This document shows positions 45,313 through 54,734 of a stretch of DNA of 64,000 nt, in pieces. The notes under the pieces were generated by a model, which was not told the DNA's origin, made no database searches, and was given only the letters and a program-made list of their open reading frames with translations. This stretch comes from a virus (taxonomy: Duplodnaviria; Heunggongvirae; Uroviricota; Caudoviricetes; Ackermannviridae): positions 38,803 through 102,802 of IMG/VR virus record IMGVR_UViG_2974693523_000001; one strand, 5' to 3'. The position numbers and the translations under genes were made by a program. Numbering within the stretch: position 1 is the stretch's first letter; each line of letters begins with the position of its first letter.

Positions 45313-45447
45313 CCTTAAACTTCATGTCGGTCATAAAACAAAGAAGTTGTTTAAAGAAGTTGTTTGTGGGAGAACACTATGTTCTCCCTAAACTTCGTGT
45401 CGGTCAAAAACAAAGAAGTTGTTTAAAGAAGTTGTTTAAAGAAGTTG
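45313..45447. repeat. iteron-like region: two ~55-bp direct repeats (45313-45366, 45388-45447) each holding 2-3 tandem 13/14-mers AGAAGTTGTTTAA, separated by an 8-bp-stem palindrome GGGAGAAC-ACTAT-GTTCTCCC
   Basis: Own inspection of the intergenic sequence. Confidence 0.8.
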
Positions 45448-45450
45448 CGT

Positions 45451-46497
45451 TCATTTCACCGCCTTGAAAGTTTCTCGCATGGCTGAAACCACTTGATGTA
45501 ATGCAGCCCCGCAGTCAAGACCTTCCATTACCGTATTGTAGACCGCTTGGTAAGTTAAACCTGCTTCTTCAAGGAACATTTCAACCATATCTTTCTTATC
45601 CCTTGGACTCATCCAAGGTTCATTAAATGTGCTTAGAATGTAATAAGTGACGCTCTTAGGACTGAACGGAGTTTTAGTTGTGTCTACTTCGAATAGCTGG
45701 TTGTAATAAGCCAGCTCATCTTCGCGTAGTTTGCGCGGGAGCTCCGTTGCCGTTGAGGTCCCAACATTTACGCCCGCAGTAATAACGTTGATTTCACCTT
45801 TCTTAACACCACAGTGATCAACAAGATTTTTCAGCATTTCATGAGAAATATCGCTCTTTCCTTGAGCACCAGTATGTTTGAATGCCTCTAAGTCAAACTT
45901 AGGCAAACAGTCAGAAGGCATTGGTTGGACTTCAGTTAATTCTTTAGCAATTTGCTCACTGCCGAATGCAATACAATCGCGGGCTTTCACAGAAGCACCA
46001 ATATCAACACCGGAGCGAATCTGTTCAACTTCTTCATGTGAAAATAAAGGCCAGCGCGCACCATAACCTAGTTCAGTAGGTTCGTACTTGAATCGGAGTT
46101 GCATTGAGTTGCGTAGCTGTTCCTCTTGGCGCACTAGAACTTCTTCAGGTACGTTGTGGACGTCGGTATTACCGTGACGATTTTCCAACACCAAACTAAT
46201 AAACATGTGGCCATGACGCTCAGCATACTCTTGGTATACGCGAACATCACTTTCACGCGTTGATGTGTTATGCACCACGACACCACTCAGGTGGGGGTTC
46301 TGGAGCAGAGCCAGACAGCGTTCCTGACACCACGCATGAGCCAACACGGTCTTCTTAGGATCGTATTGATAGTTGCCTTCGCTATCCGTGAAATAATCAT
46401 CAGCCGCTACAATACCAAAACCGAAACGTTCAAACATTTTAGCGAGGGTTGTTTTGCCCGCGCCGCTGACTGCGCGCAAGAAAATTAAGCTTTTCAT
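45451..46497 (-). CDS. P-loop kinase, dNMP-kinase (T4 gp1)-like N-terminal domain with extra ~150-aa C-terminal domain
   Basis: MKSLIFLRAVSGAGKTTLAKMF..AADDYF resembles T4 gp1's MKLIFLSGVKRSGKDTTADFIM. Start set to ATG 46497. Confidence 0.45.
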   Translation of the reverse strand: MKSLIFLRAVSGAGKTTLAKMFERFGFGIVAADDYFTDSEGNYQYDPKKTVLAHAWCQERCLALLQNPHLSGVVVHNTSTRESDVRVYQEYAERHGHMFISLVLENRHGNTDVHNVPEEVLVRQEEQLRNSMQLRFKYEPTELGYGARWPLFSHEEVEQIRSGVDIGASVKARDCIAFGSEQIAKELTEVQPMPSDCLPKFDLEAFKHTGAQGKSDISHEMLKNLVDHCGVKKGEINVITAGVNVGTSTATELPRKLREDELAYYNQLFEVDTTKTPFSPKSVTYYILSTFNEPWMSPRDKKDMVEMFLEEAGLTYQAVYNTVMEGLDCGAALHQVVSAMRETFKAVK

Positions 46498-46804
46498 TTT
46501 TGTATGTCCCATTGGTTAGTTCGAATTTATCACAAATTTCAACGGCTTTGCTGTCAAGCCAAACCATCACTTCTTCTGGCGTTAACGCCATAAATTTAAA
46601 GGTAACCCAATCCCAGCCAATACCGCCGCTGGAGTTGCGTGTAATCACTCGCACCGATGCATGGTACTTATTGCTACCGACATGATAAACAATTTGTCCC
46701 ACACGCTTACCAGCCGCACTAATGTGGAAATTGCGACTTGTGCGATACTTTTCAACGGCCTTAGCAACGTATTTGAATTTGGTTACCATAATACGTTTAG
46801 TCAT
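46439..46804 (-). CDS. hypothetical basic protein (121 aa)
   Basis: ORF; 58-nt overlap with the downstream gene leaves the end uncertain. Confidence 0.35.
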   Translation of the reverse strand: MTKRIMVTKFKYVAKAVEKYRTSRNFHISAAGKRVGQIVYHVGSNKYHASVRVITRNSSGGIGWDWVTFKFMALTPEEVMVWLDSKAVEICDKFELTNGTYKNEKLNFLARSQRRGQNNPR

Positions 46805-46805
46805 A

Positions 46806-47243
46806 TTAAATCTCTTCAGAATTAATTTGTTCTAAAACTTGTTCAACTTGTTCAACAAGTTTTGAGATCATTACCCAACGATCTTCATTTTTATAAAGAA
46901 GTCCTTCAGCACGGGCAACACAGAATTTACTAGCTGTTTTCTCTACTGGGAAAAATTTGCTGTAACCAATATTTGGTAGCAAGTCGTAAAATGCTGCCGA
47001 ACGGATTCGGTTAAACTCAAAGAAGTTGTCGATAATTTCTTTACCTAGGTCAAAACTACCAAAGTTAAGTTCCGGACCGCACTCAGGGATCACAATAAGT
47101 GTACTAGGTTCCCCATCAACAACCTGAACATCAAAATTTTCAATTTGATCGCGTTTAGCTAAAACCGCGCGCATATAAGAAACAAAGTCAACGCCGTTTT
47201 CTTTGATGTACTTAACTAGGATTGGGTTTACTTGAATTTTCAT
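46806..47243 (-). CDS. hypothetical protein (145 aa)
   Basis: ORF. Confidence 0.45.
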   Translation of the reverse strand: MKIQVNPILVKYIKENGVDFVSYMRAVLAKRDQIENFDVQVVDGEPSTLIVIPECGPELNFGSFDLGKEIIDNFFEFNRIRSAAFYDLLPNIGYSKFFPVEKTASKFCVARAEGLLYKNEDRWVMISKLVEQVEQVLEQINSEEI

Positions 47244-47291
47244 TTGGCTTTCCTTATAGTTTGCCGTTGAACTAAGAGGGATACTAAAGTG

Positions 47292-47320
47292 AAAAAGGGG
47301 CTAATGCAAGCCCCTTTTTG
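47292..47320. terminator. bidirectional intrinsic terminator (AAAAAGGGGCTAATGCAAGCCCCTTTTT)
   Basis: Perfect 7-bp stem flanked by A5 and T5. Confidence 0.65.
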
Positions 47321-47324
47321 AAAA

Positions 47325-48038
47325 TTATTTATATTTTTCCAAAATAAATTTTCTTAAACCTTCAGTAAATGCCCAACACGCTTGCCCATAAGGATCTGAA
47401 ACCCACTTAACTCTATTATTACCATATTGTTCAGACGCCTTTTCTTCACTGTATTCTGCGCAATCAATACAGATTGGATAACCATGATCAACATCTAAAG
47501 AATCACAAAACGAATGCATTAGAATAGAGGCAGCTTTTTTCTGAAATTCGGTCATACCACCATAATTTACAAAATAAGCACAAAGACCAGATCCAGAAGA
47601 AAAACCACAGAATAAAACACCTTGAAGTTCTTTGTCAACCTTACTTTGATCACTAATTCGTGTCAAGAATTCACGTCTATCTAAAAGTAAATCCAATGAA
47701 GTTACTATGTCTTCTGAAATAAGTTTGATGCAATGATCATTCAAAAGAGTTTTCATTAATGATCTGCCCAGATTACGAATATAGGCATCCCTTGCACTCA
47801 TATCCATTAATGTATGAACTTTTCTTGTAAGTTTTAGAATACGTGCTTGGATAAACTCACTTTCTTGTGTTTCGATTCCCAATCTTGTATTAGACAATGC
47901 ATTAGACAAAGAAATTAGACGGAGTAAATGAGTGTCACTAAGTTTATTATTCTTAATGTCACTAAAAACCGAAATTAGATGTTTATCAATTTCTTGAGAA
48001 ACACTTTTGAGTGTTTTATCAAATATTTCTGATTTCAT
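47325..48038 (-). CDS. paralog family member 1 (237 aa), unknown function
   Basis: Shares SGLC...FC...YPICIDC...KWVSDPYGQACWAF motif series with the four genes upstream. Confidence 0.55.
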   Translation of the reverse strand: MKSEIFDKTLKSVSQEIDKHLISVFSDIKNNKLSDTHLLRLISLSNALSNTRLGIETQESEFIQARILKLTRKVHTLMDMSARDAYIRNLGRSLMKTLLNDHCIKLISEDIVTSLDLLLDRREFLTRISDQSKVDKELQGVLFCGFSSGSGLCAYFVNYGGMTEFQKKAASILMHSFCDSLDVDHGYPICIDCAEYSEEKASEQYGNNRVKWVSDPYGQACWAFTEGLRKFILEKYK

Positions 48039-48060
48039 GTTAGTACCTATTAACCAAAAG

Positions 48061-48801
48061 TTAAAAAGTTGAAGGAGTAGAAATTGTCAAAAACTCACTT
48101 TCCAAATACTTTTTGAAATTGATTACATGCTCCCAGCGCGCTTGACCATAATCACTTGAATCCCACTTCAACAAGTTTGTATCAAATTGTCTTTCTGCTT
48201 CTCTAGCATCGTAATTACCCAAACAAATTGGATAGAAAGTATCCACTTTTAAATTACGGCAATATTCTTTGTGAAGACGGCTGACAACACCATTTTCAAA
48301 AACTGTGATACCTTTTGTTTTTTCACTAATGTAGCTACAGAAACCGGATGTAATGTTACAATCCAAAACATTCACATAATTTAACTTTTTGATTTCTTTA
48401 TCTTTTAACAAGTCACTTATTTCAGTGATTACACCACGGTTTTCTAACAGTTTATCAACTAATTGAATGGAATAGTTAATACCATATCGATTGTTAGCTG
48501 CTACATTACCAAGCGCAACCATCAAAGAGTGATACAGATTTTTAGTAAACCCACTAAAAATTAAAATATCATCAATTGACTTAACATCAATAGAAATTTT
48601 TTCTAAAGTTTTAGCAACTATATTTGATACTTCGAGTCTAAATTCCGATCTATGACCATAAAACAGTGCATTATCTTTCAGACATCTAAGAAGACATTTT
48701 AGTTCATCTACATTTTCTTTATCAAATTCTACGTCTTTTAGAGCTAAGAATTCATTCTCTAGCATTTGCGCAAAAGAATCTACTTGTGTAATTGTGAGCA
48801 T
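48061..48801 (-). CDS. paralog family member 2 (246 aa)
   Basis: SGFCSYI...YPICLGNYDA...KWDSSDYGQARWEHV. Confidence 0.55.
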   Translation of the reverse strand: MLTITQVDSFAQMLENEFLALKDVEFDKENVDELKCLLRCLKDNALFYGHRSEFRLEVSNIVAKTLEKISIDVKSIDDILIFSGFTKNLYHSLMVALGNVAANNRYGINYSIQLVDKLLENRGVITEISDLLKDKEIKKLNYVNVLDCNITSGFCSYISEKTKGITVFENGVVSRLHKEYCRNLKVDTFYPICLGNYDAREAERQFDTNLLKWDSSDYGQARWEHVINFKKYLESEFLTISTPSTF

Positions 48802-49538
48802 TATTTCACCTCATCTTCAACATCAATAAATGATAGGAAATCTTCAATAAATTTCCAGCGCGCTTGACCATAATCACCTTTATCCCATTTAGGTTCTTTA
48901 CAGTATAGTTGCTCAGCAATCTTTTTATTGTATTCACCAACACAAACGGGGAAAACGTTACTGACATTGATTTTCTTACAGTAAGTGTGAAGAAGACGCT
49001 CAAAGATTTTGTACTCTAATGAAGAATCTAAATAATTCTCTACGGCTTCACACATACCACAATTAAGTGAAAGTGTACCATCAATAAACCAAATTTGTTT
49101 ATCTTCATCGTAAGCCCCACAAAATTCGGATTTAGATGCGTACTTAATGATCAACTTCTTATTGCCTAAAATAGTTCCGATACAGTGGATAACGGTACTG
49201 CGAATGTGATATGAATGAAGGCCTAACTTTGATACATAATCTTCCAAAATAGAACCAGTCCGGATCATAGCGTGTTGAATTTGTCTAAATTCATCATAAT
49301 TGAGTTGTTGTAAAGTTATTTTTTCAAAAAATTTGTAAATGAATTGATTAATAGTACCCTCACAATGTTTAAATCTTTCATCTATTGGGATAGAAGATGA
49401 CTCTGTGAACATTGTATATATGTACACAATATGATGGTAATTTTTGATAGAATCAGAGTAAAGATTTTCATCTTTTATCAACTCTTTTAAGTCTGTAAAA
49501 TAATTTTCAATAATTATTGAAACGTTTTTGGTGTTCAT
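48801..49538 (-). CDS. paralog family member 3 (245 aa)
   Basis: NCGMCEAV...FPVCVGEY...KWDKGDYGQARWKFI. Confidence 0.55.
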   Translation of the reverse strand: MNTKNVSIIIENYFTDLKELIKDENLYSDSIKNYHHIVYIYTMFTESSSIPIDERFKHCEGTINQFIYKFFEKITLQQLNYDEFRQIQHAMIRTGSILEDYVSKLGLHSYHIRSTVIHCIGTILGNKKLIIKYASKSEFCGAYDEDKQIWFIDGTLSLNCGMCEAVENYLDSSLEYKIFERLLHTYCKKINVSNVFPVCVGEYNKKIAEQLYCKEPKWDKGDYGQARWKFIEDFLSFIDVEDEVK

Positions 49539-50272
49539 TTTTGTGCCTCAATTTGTTGAAATTTGTTAAAGATGAAATTATAGAAATTTTCTACCATTTT
49601 CCAACGCGCAGCCCCATAGGGATCTGAACCCCACTTGAGAACTGAGCCATGGTATTGTTTTTCTGGTGCATCACCACAAGCGCTGACAGGATAGTTTGGG
49701 CTTAAATTATTAGCTTCACAAAATTGTGAAAATAGTGTATCCGCAAGATCGCGAAATACATCGTCTTGAGAGCTTTTAAATCTTTTATCAAAAAACTTAC
49801 ACAGACCAGAAGTTAGATCTAAAGCGCCGTTACGCATGTAGAAATCAATATCATCTCCTAATTTAGTTAATCCAGATAACTTATCACACGTTTTAATAAT
49901 ATCATGTTTATTTCTTAAGAGTAGATAAACCGTTGCTTTAATATTGTTCAACATGACCTTATTGTTAAGTGAAACCTTAACAAGATAACGATTTAAGATA
50001 ACTGACAATTCTCTACAGGATGATGAAAAATCCAAGTATTGTTCTGCATTTTCAAACTTTGTGTTGTCCTTCAAATACTCAATAATTGGTGTGGCAGCGC
50101 AGTTGACTTCACTCTCAAGGTTAAGATCACCGCAAACAAGACACTTTAATGGTTCGTGGCGTAGATAATTTGCAGTGATTATCAATTTGTTGATTGTTTC
50201 TATGTGGACAATATGATTGTCAGCTGTACGGACTAAATCACCTAGATGATTAAACAATTCATTTTTGTTCAT
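49535..50272 (-). CDS. paralog family member 4 (245 aa)
   Basis: SGLCKFF...YPVSACGDA...KWGSDPYGAARWKMV. Confidence 0.55.
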   Translation of the reverse strand: MNKNELFNHLGDLVRTADNHIVHIETINKLIITANYLRHEPLKCLVCGDLNLESEVNCAATPIIEYLKDNTKFENAEQYLDFSSSCRELSVILNRYLVKVSLNNKVMLNNIKATVYLLLRNKHDIIKTCDKLSGLTKLGDDIDFYMRNGALDLTSGLCKFFDKRFKSSQDDVFRDLADTLFSQFCEANNLSPNYPVSACGDAPEKQYHGSVLKWGSDPYGAARWKMVENFYNFIFNKFQQIEAQK

Positions 50273-50317
50273 GAGATTTTCCTATTAAAGTTTATCAAAC
50301 CTAACCACAATAAAGTG

Positions 50318-50345
50318 AAAAAGGGGTTTTGTAAACCCCTTTTTG
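50318..50345. terminator. bidirectional intrinsic terminator (AAAAAGGGGTTTTGTAAACCCCTTTTT)
   Basis: Hairpin flanked by A- and T-runs; near-copy of the 47292 terminator. Confidence 0.6.
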
Positions 50346-50349
50346 AAGA

Positions 50350-50721
50350 TTAACCTTGGTTTAACTCCCAAGCACCTAACATGAATTCAAACGCTTTTGC
50401 TTTCCATTTTTCATTAATGAATCCGTGCCCGTTAGGTCTTCCCGAATAGACAAGCCAAGCATAATCATGGCTATAATTAAACTGGTATTCAACTGGCTCA
50501 CTATCCTTCTGTAACCAAATTTTTGTTAGATTAGGGAATCTTGGTGTATCTTCAAGAATACTTACGTGTTCACAAAGAACAATCATACCCCGTTTGACAC
50601 CAAGTAATTCTAATTGTTCATTAGATTCATGAACTTCAGCAAAAAATTTCTCACCTATTTGAATATAGGCTGCATTGGCATCAAACATTTTTTGACTCCG
50701 CTTTTTCAACAATGTAATCAC
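50350..50721 (-). CDS. hypothetical protein (123 aa) embedded in the paralog array; possibly a truncated/diverged relative
   Basis: C-terminal ...GHGFINEKWKAKAFEFM loosely echoes the paralogs' PYG.ARW.F tail. Confidence 0.4.
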   Translation of the reverse strand: MITLLKKRSQKMFDANAAYIQIGEKFFAEVHESNEQLELLGVKRGMIVLCEHVSILEDTPRFPNLTKIWLQKDSEPVEYQFNYSHDYAWLVYSGRPNGHGFINEKWKAKAFEFMLGAWELNQG

Positions 50722-51451
50722 GTAGCTCTTTTACAAAATTCCAGCGCGCTTCACCATACGGGGTTCTTCCCCACTTGATATGATTTTTATTCCACTCAAA
50801 AGAACCACTAGTCCATCTAGTTGAAAGAGTAACTGGGAACACACGATGATAACCTTTTTCAGTACAGAAAAGTGAAATAAGTATATCAGCAATCTCACGA
50901 TCATTCCCACTAAGTCTTTCATCAAAAACATGACACAAACCAGCGGTCAGTTTGACTGTATCATATGAAAAACTTATTGCTGAGGTGCGATATCTTTTAC
51001 TATCTTCATAGAATTCAGCTTTTGAAATATTGGAGCAGAATTCTTCTATTCCCTGCCTTAAGGATAACAATCTATCGAGAACTTTAATAATGTATTCAGT
51101 TCCAAAATAAATACCATACTGATTAACAATCCTTTGACAGTAGCTATTAACCATTTTTGAAACTTTGGTAATCACCGAAATAGAATCTTTAACCGTTTTA
51201 CAATCAACAAGAAAATCATTAATTATCTCTTTGAGTTGTACGGCATATTCATTATATTCTGGTAATTCGTTATAGAATTGAACTGGATCTGTAGACCATT
51301 CCTGTACTTGTTCCTTAAGTAACAGAATTTTTTCATATTGTTCTTTTGTTTGGTTTCTAAAACAATCAGTATTTAGAGTGTTTCTGAAATCTCTAACAGT
51401 GTCAGAAACTTTAGCATTTAACCCAGGTTGTTCAATGTTTATTGTGATCAT
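50681..51451 (-). CDS. paralog family member 5 (256 aa)
   Basis: AGLCHVF...FPVTLSTRW...KWGRTPYGEARWNFV. Confidence 0.55.
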   Translation of the reverse strand: MITINIEQPGLNAKVSDTVRDFRNTLNTDCFRNQTKEQYEKILLLKEQVQEWSTDPVQFYNELPEYNEYAVQLKEIINDFLVDCKTVKDSISVITKVSKMVNSYCQRIVNQYGIYFGTEYIIKVLDRLLSLRQGIEEFCSNISKAEFYEDSKRYRTSAISFSYDTVKLTAGLCHVFDERLSGNDREIADILISLFCTEKGYHRVFPVTLSTRWTSGSFEWNKNHIKWGRTPYGEARWNFVKELRDYIVEKAESKNV

Positions 51452-51460
51452 GTTATACCC

Positions 51461-52066
51461 TTAATGATTATTAAACTTAACAACGTTACAAGAACCTTTT
51501 AAGATTTCAGGTTTTTCAAAAACTTCATTCACATTTATCACTTCACCCGCTTGACTAGCCATTACTAGTTGTCTATATGCCGAGTAAAGATAATCCATAT
51601 GACCTTTTTCATTACACTGATCAAAGAAGAATTCAATAGTATCTTTTTCCTTTTTGTTTAGCAACCCATCATTCCTTTTTAGGTATGCTGATTTATGCAC
51701 AAGACAGCGTATAAGGGAGGGAACATGAGTTTGCTTCACTGTTGCATTGTTTGTTACTTCAAGCAAACCCCATCGTTCTGGTAGCTCATCAACGCTTATT
51801 AAACCTTTCGGCGCAATATAAAATCTGTAATGACCTACACCCCGAGACGGATCCTTTCTGTGTGGTTTTGTTTTATCCTTTAAGAAATCACTTCTGGTAG
51901 CTTTTGCTTCAATGTTGATCATCACACCTGCACGATAAGCTGCAACATCCACAATTTCCCTTGTTGTTGCGCATTTATGCTCTTTAAAGACTGCACCACA
52001 ATTCATTTGATTAGTTGCATACTTTGCCGCTATCATTACTAATTCTTCATGACTAAACATAATCAC
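51461..52066 (-). CDS. PD-(D/E)xK nuclease, VRR-NUC-like
   Basis: IVDVAAYRAGVMINIEAKAT fits D-x(n)-E-x-K. Immediately downstream of Dam, overlapping it by 14 nt. Confidence 0.4.
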   Translation of the reverse strand: MIMFSHEELVMIAAKYATNQMNCGAVFKEHKCATTREIVDVAAYRAGVMINIEAKATRSDFLKDKTKPHRKDPSRGVGHYRFYIAPKGLISVDELPERWGLLEVTNNATVKQTHVPSLIRCLVHKSAYLKRNDGLLNKKEKDTIEFFFDQCNEKGHMDYLYSAYRQLVMASQAGEVINVNEVFEKPEILKGSCNVVKFNNH

Positions 52067-52904
52067 TCTCCATTAATATAATCTTATGTTTTTTCGCAAG
52101 CTCCTTGAACAAAAATACATCAACATTTTTGATAGCGATCATTTCACGAACTGGTTTCCTACCACTAGCATCACATGACACAGAACGTCTAGCCATATAA
52201 CAGAATACCTTAAACCCTGCATCCTTATACAGATTAATGATTTCTGGCTCGTATGAATTGGTTGTAACTGTAGGACAAACAACATTTTCTAATGATTTGG
52301 CCAGTTTAACTTGGTCTTCATAAGTGAATGTGGTTTGGGAGTAACTTACAAAGGTTTTGAAATAAGGTGGGTCAACAAACAATAAATCATTAACCAAAGA
52401 CATATTAATGACATTAACAAAATCATCAATAATAAACTGATAATTTTCAATCCATTTTTGATGCGAGCGAAGATTACCTCTTATGTTTGGTGATTTTATA
52501 TTACCAAATGGGGTGTTAAATCCAGTCTTTTTAGAAAAACGACATAACCCGTTATAGCACGTCATAATGAGGTAGTAAAAATATTGTGCTTTTAGTACAT
52601 CACTCTGGCTGCTAATTCCATAAGGTGTTTGATTAAACAAATCACGAATATGTTCATAATTTTCCTTCGTATTTGTTATGTCAATATCCATATACAACCC
52701 ATTTTGCTTGATTTGTGTCCAGAAATTGATCACGTCGCGGGAGTTATCGTTAAGAATTGCTCGCTTAGGGTGTATGGCTAACGTAACTGAACACCCTCCA
52801 CAAAATGGTTCAACAACGCCTTCTAGTTTTAGACAACGATGTAATTCTCTAAGAAATGTGGTGATCCAACGTTTACCGCCTACCCATTTAATTGGTGGTT
52901 GCAT
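52053..52904 (-). CDS. dam: DNA adenine methyltransferase (Dam family, GATC-type)
   Basis: N-terminal KWVGGKR (SAM-binding) and catalytic DPPY (LFVDPPYF). Confidence 0.7.
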   Translation of the reverse strand: MQPPIKWVGGKRWITTFLRELHRCLKLEGVVEPFCGGCSVTLAIHPKRAILNDNSRDVINFWTQIKQNGLYMDIDITNTKENYEHIRDLFNQTPYGISSQSDVLKAQYFYYLIMTCYNGLCRFSKKTGFNTPFGNIKSPNIRGNLRSHQKWIENYQFIIDDFVNVINMSLVNDLLFVDPPYFKTFVSYSQTTFTYEDQVKLAKSLENVVCPTVTTNSYEPEIINLYKDAGFKVFCYMARRSVSCDASGRKPVREMIAIKNVDVFLFKELAKKHKIILMESDYV

Positions 52905-52917
52905 AGATTTTCCTCGT

Positions 52918-52943
52918 AAAAAAGCCCCTATAATATGGGGCTT
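52918..52943 (-). terminator. intrinsic terminator on minus strand (AAGCCCCATATTATAGGGGCTTTTTT)
   Basis: 7-bp stem plus U6 when read on the minus strand, downstream of phoH. Confidence 0.6.
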
Positions 52944-52969
52944 AAATTAGCATAATTGAGTATTGTGAA

Positions 52970-53833
52970 CTAAATGTTCTCGAATTCAAAAATCTCAATC
53001 ATTAAGCGTGTAATTCCACTTCGCACACAATGTTCTTTCTTGAATTCGATAATAGGTACAATAATTTCCCAAGGTTCTGGTTCGCCACCATCATTGATCT
53101 TTTGCTGAATGCGTTTGTTTGATGCATCAATAGCCTTAACAAAGCGCATAAATGGCGAGCCTTTAATGCGTTCGTTCTCTTGCCTTACATCGCCATTAAG
53201 GAAAACCTTTGACGTCTCACCCGCACGAGTAGACAGATTCTTAAGTTGTTCGAGTGTCATTTCCTGACACTCTTCACCTAGAATAACTGTATCATCCCAC
53301 GATGAACCTTTAATGCTTTCTAGTTCGCGCATACGCACAGCACCAGTGGCTAAAAGGTAGTTATAGAAACCATCACTACCTGATGGTGTTCTACATGTTT
53401 TCTTAATGTTATCAAGAATAGGACTTAACCAAGGCAGGAGTTTTTCTTGTTCAGTTCCGGGATTGAAACCTGTTGAGTGGCCTGTTGGAACTGGTGAACG
53501 TGTTAGAATGGCTTTAGAGATTGGGGAGTGGGGACTTGCAATTAATCTTACCATTGCAGCCGCTTCACAAAATGATTTAGCTGTACCTGCGGGACCTATT
53601 GCAATAACCAAAGGTGCATCTAAACAAGCATTGAACAGATCTGCTTGGGCATCATTCAATGGGATAAATGGCTCAAACTTCATACCACCTTTTGCATAAC
53701 TATCCCATTCATGCGCTTGTTCATCTGCTTTTTTTACACGGTCAGATTTATTGCCTTTAGATTGTGGGGCCATACTTGGTTTCCTTATCATTTTAGTAGA
53801 GAGGAGGAGCTTTCGCCCCTCATTCTTCTTCAT
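52970..53833 (-). CDS. phoH: PhoH-like ATPase
   Basis: Walker A AIGPAGTAKSF and PhoH-like downstream blocks (LATGAVRMRELE...ILGEECQ). Confidence 0.6.
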   Translation of the reverse strand: MKKNEGRKLLLSTKMIRKPSMAPQSKGNKSDRVKKADEQAHEWDSYAKGGMKFEPFIPLNDAQADLFNACLDAPLVIAIGPAGTAKSFCEAAAMVRLIASPHSPISKAILTRSPVPTGHSTGFNPGTEQEKLLPWLSPILDNIKKTCRTPSGSDGFYNYLLATGAVRMRELESIKGSSWDDTVILGEECQEMTLEQLKNLSTRAGETSKVFLNGDVRQENERIKGSPFMRFVKAIDASNKRIQQKINDGGEPEPWEIIVPIIEFKKEHCVRSGITRLMIEIFEFENI

Positions 53834-53967
53834 CTGATTCTTGCTTTTTCTTTTTCAAGAGACCAGTTGTTGCCATGTCACCAGTTGTTGACGTAGGCGC
53901 TTCAGATTCTTCTAAATCACTTTTGTTTTCATGAGTTAAAAGAAATTCTTTGAATCTACCCATAGGA

Positions 53968-54723
53968 TTAACCTTGCTTTTCAATGATCTTGTTAGCTAG
54001 TCTTTCCTTACTTTTATCCTTAACACCAAAAGAATTACCAATTTCACGGACTTCTTCCATTTCCATTGCCATTAATTGGTCAAAGGTGTACTTGGTTACT
54101 TCTTCAGTTTCAGTTGGTTGCTCAACTTCAGTTTGTTCTACGACTTCTTCAGTTTCAGTTGGTTGCTCAACTTCAGTTTCAACTTCAACCTTAGTTTCTG
54201 ACTCAGTTGTTTCTGTTGGCCAGTATGATTCTTCATCTGATTCAACATTTTGGGTAGGTATTAAATGTGCGGGTGGTGTTGGAATTAGATCAGCACCTGA
54301 AGGCAAATCACCATGCACCATGTCTTCTGGCATCACGGGCAAAGCTCCAGGGAATTCACTTTGTAATTGAACTGTTTCTTGCGGTATAAACTTTTCTTCT
54401 ACAAATGTTTGTGGTTGTGAATTGAAATCTTCAACACCAAACACAACAAGAGGAGAAAAATGTTCAAAGCCGTACTTGTTTACAGTTTCAGCCCAGTATT
54501 TTGGGACATATTTATCAACTTCATTACTAACAATTTCATTACCTTCTGAAGTTAAGAAATTTTCATAAAGAATTTGATCTAAACCAAAGATTTCATAAGA
54601 GATAGAAAACCCCTTATTATCAAAACAGTTAGGGACTGCCCATCCATATTTTGTGGCAAAAGCAATACCTTCACGCGGTTGTGGTCTTGTATTCAAGTAC
54701 AATTGTATTGATTGATTGTTCAT
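53968..54723 (-). CDS. hypothetical protein with acidic tandem repeat (TEVEQPTETEEV x2) and Rho-N/SAP-like C-terminal helix-hairpin
   Basis: In-frame DNA tandem repeat at about 54090-54176; C-terminal FDQLMAMEMEEVREIGNSFGVKDKSKERLANKII resembles the Rho N-terminal domain. Confidence 0.45.
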   Translation of the reverse strand: MNNQSIQLYLNTRPQPREGIAFATKYGWAVPNCFDNKGFSISYEIFGLDQILYENFLTSEGNEIVSNEVDKYVPKYWAETVNKYGFEHFSPLVVFGVEDFNSQPQTFVEEKFIPQETVQLQSEFPGALPVMPEDMVHGDLPSGADLIPTPPAHLIPTQNVESDEESYWPTETTESETKVEVETEVEQPTETEEVVEQTEVEQPTETEEVTKYTFDQLMAMEMEEVREIGNSFGVKDKSKERLANKIIEKQG

Positions 54724-54734
54724 GATTAATTACC

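Noticed and set aside
45313-45447. CRISPR array
   Set aside because: There are only two repeat units with internal sub-repeats and no unique spacers of regular length. It is better described as iteron-like.
50350-50721. Calling the 123-aa protein an SMI1/KNR4 (SUKH) immunity protein
   Set aside because: There is only a vague W/G-rich resemblance, and no convincing SUKH core motif could be aligned by eye. Left as hypothetical.
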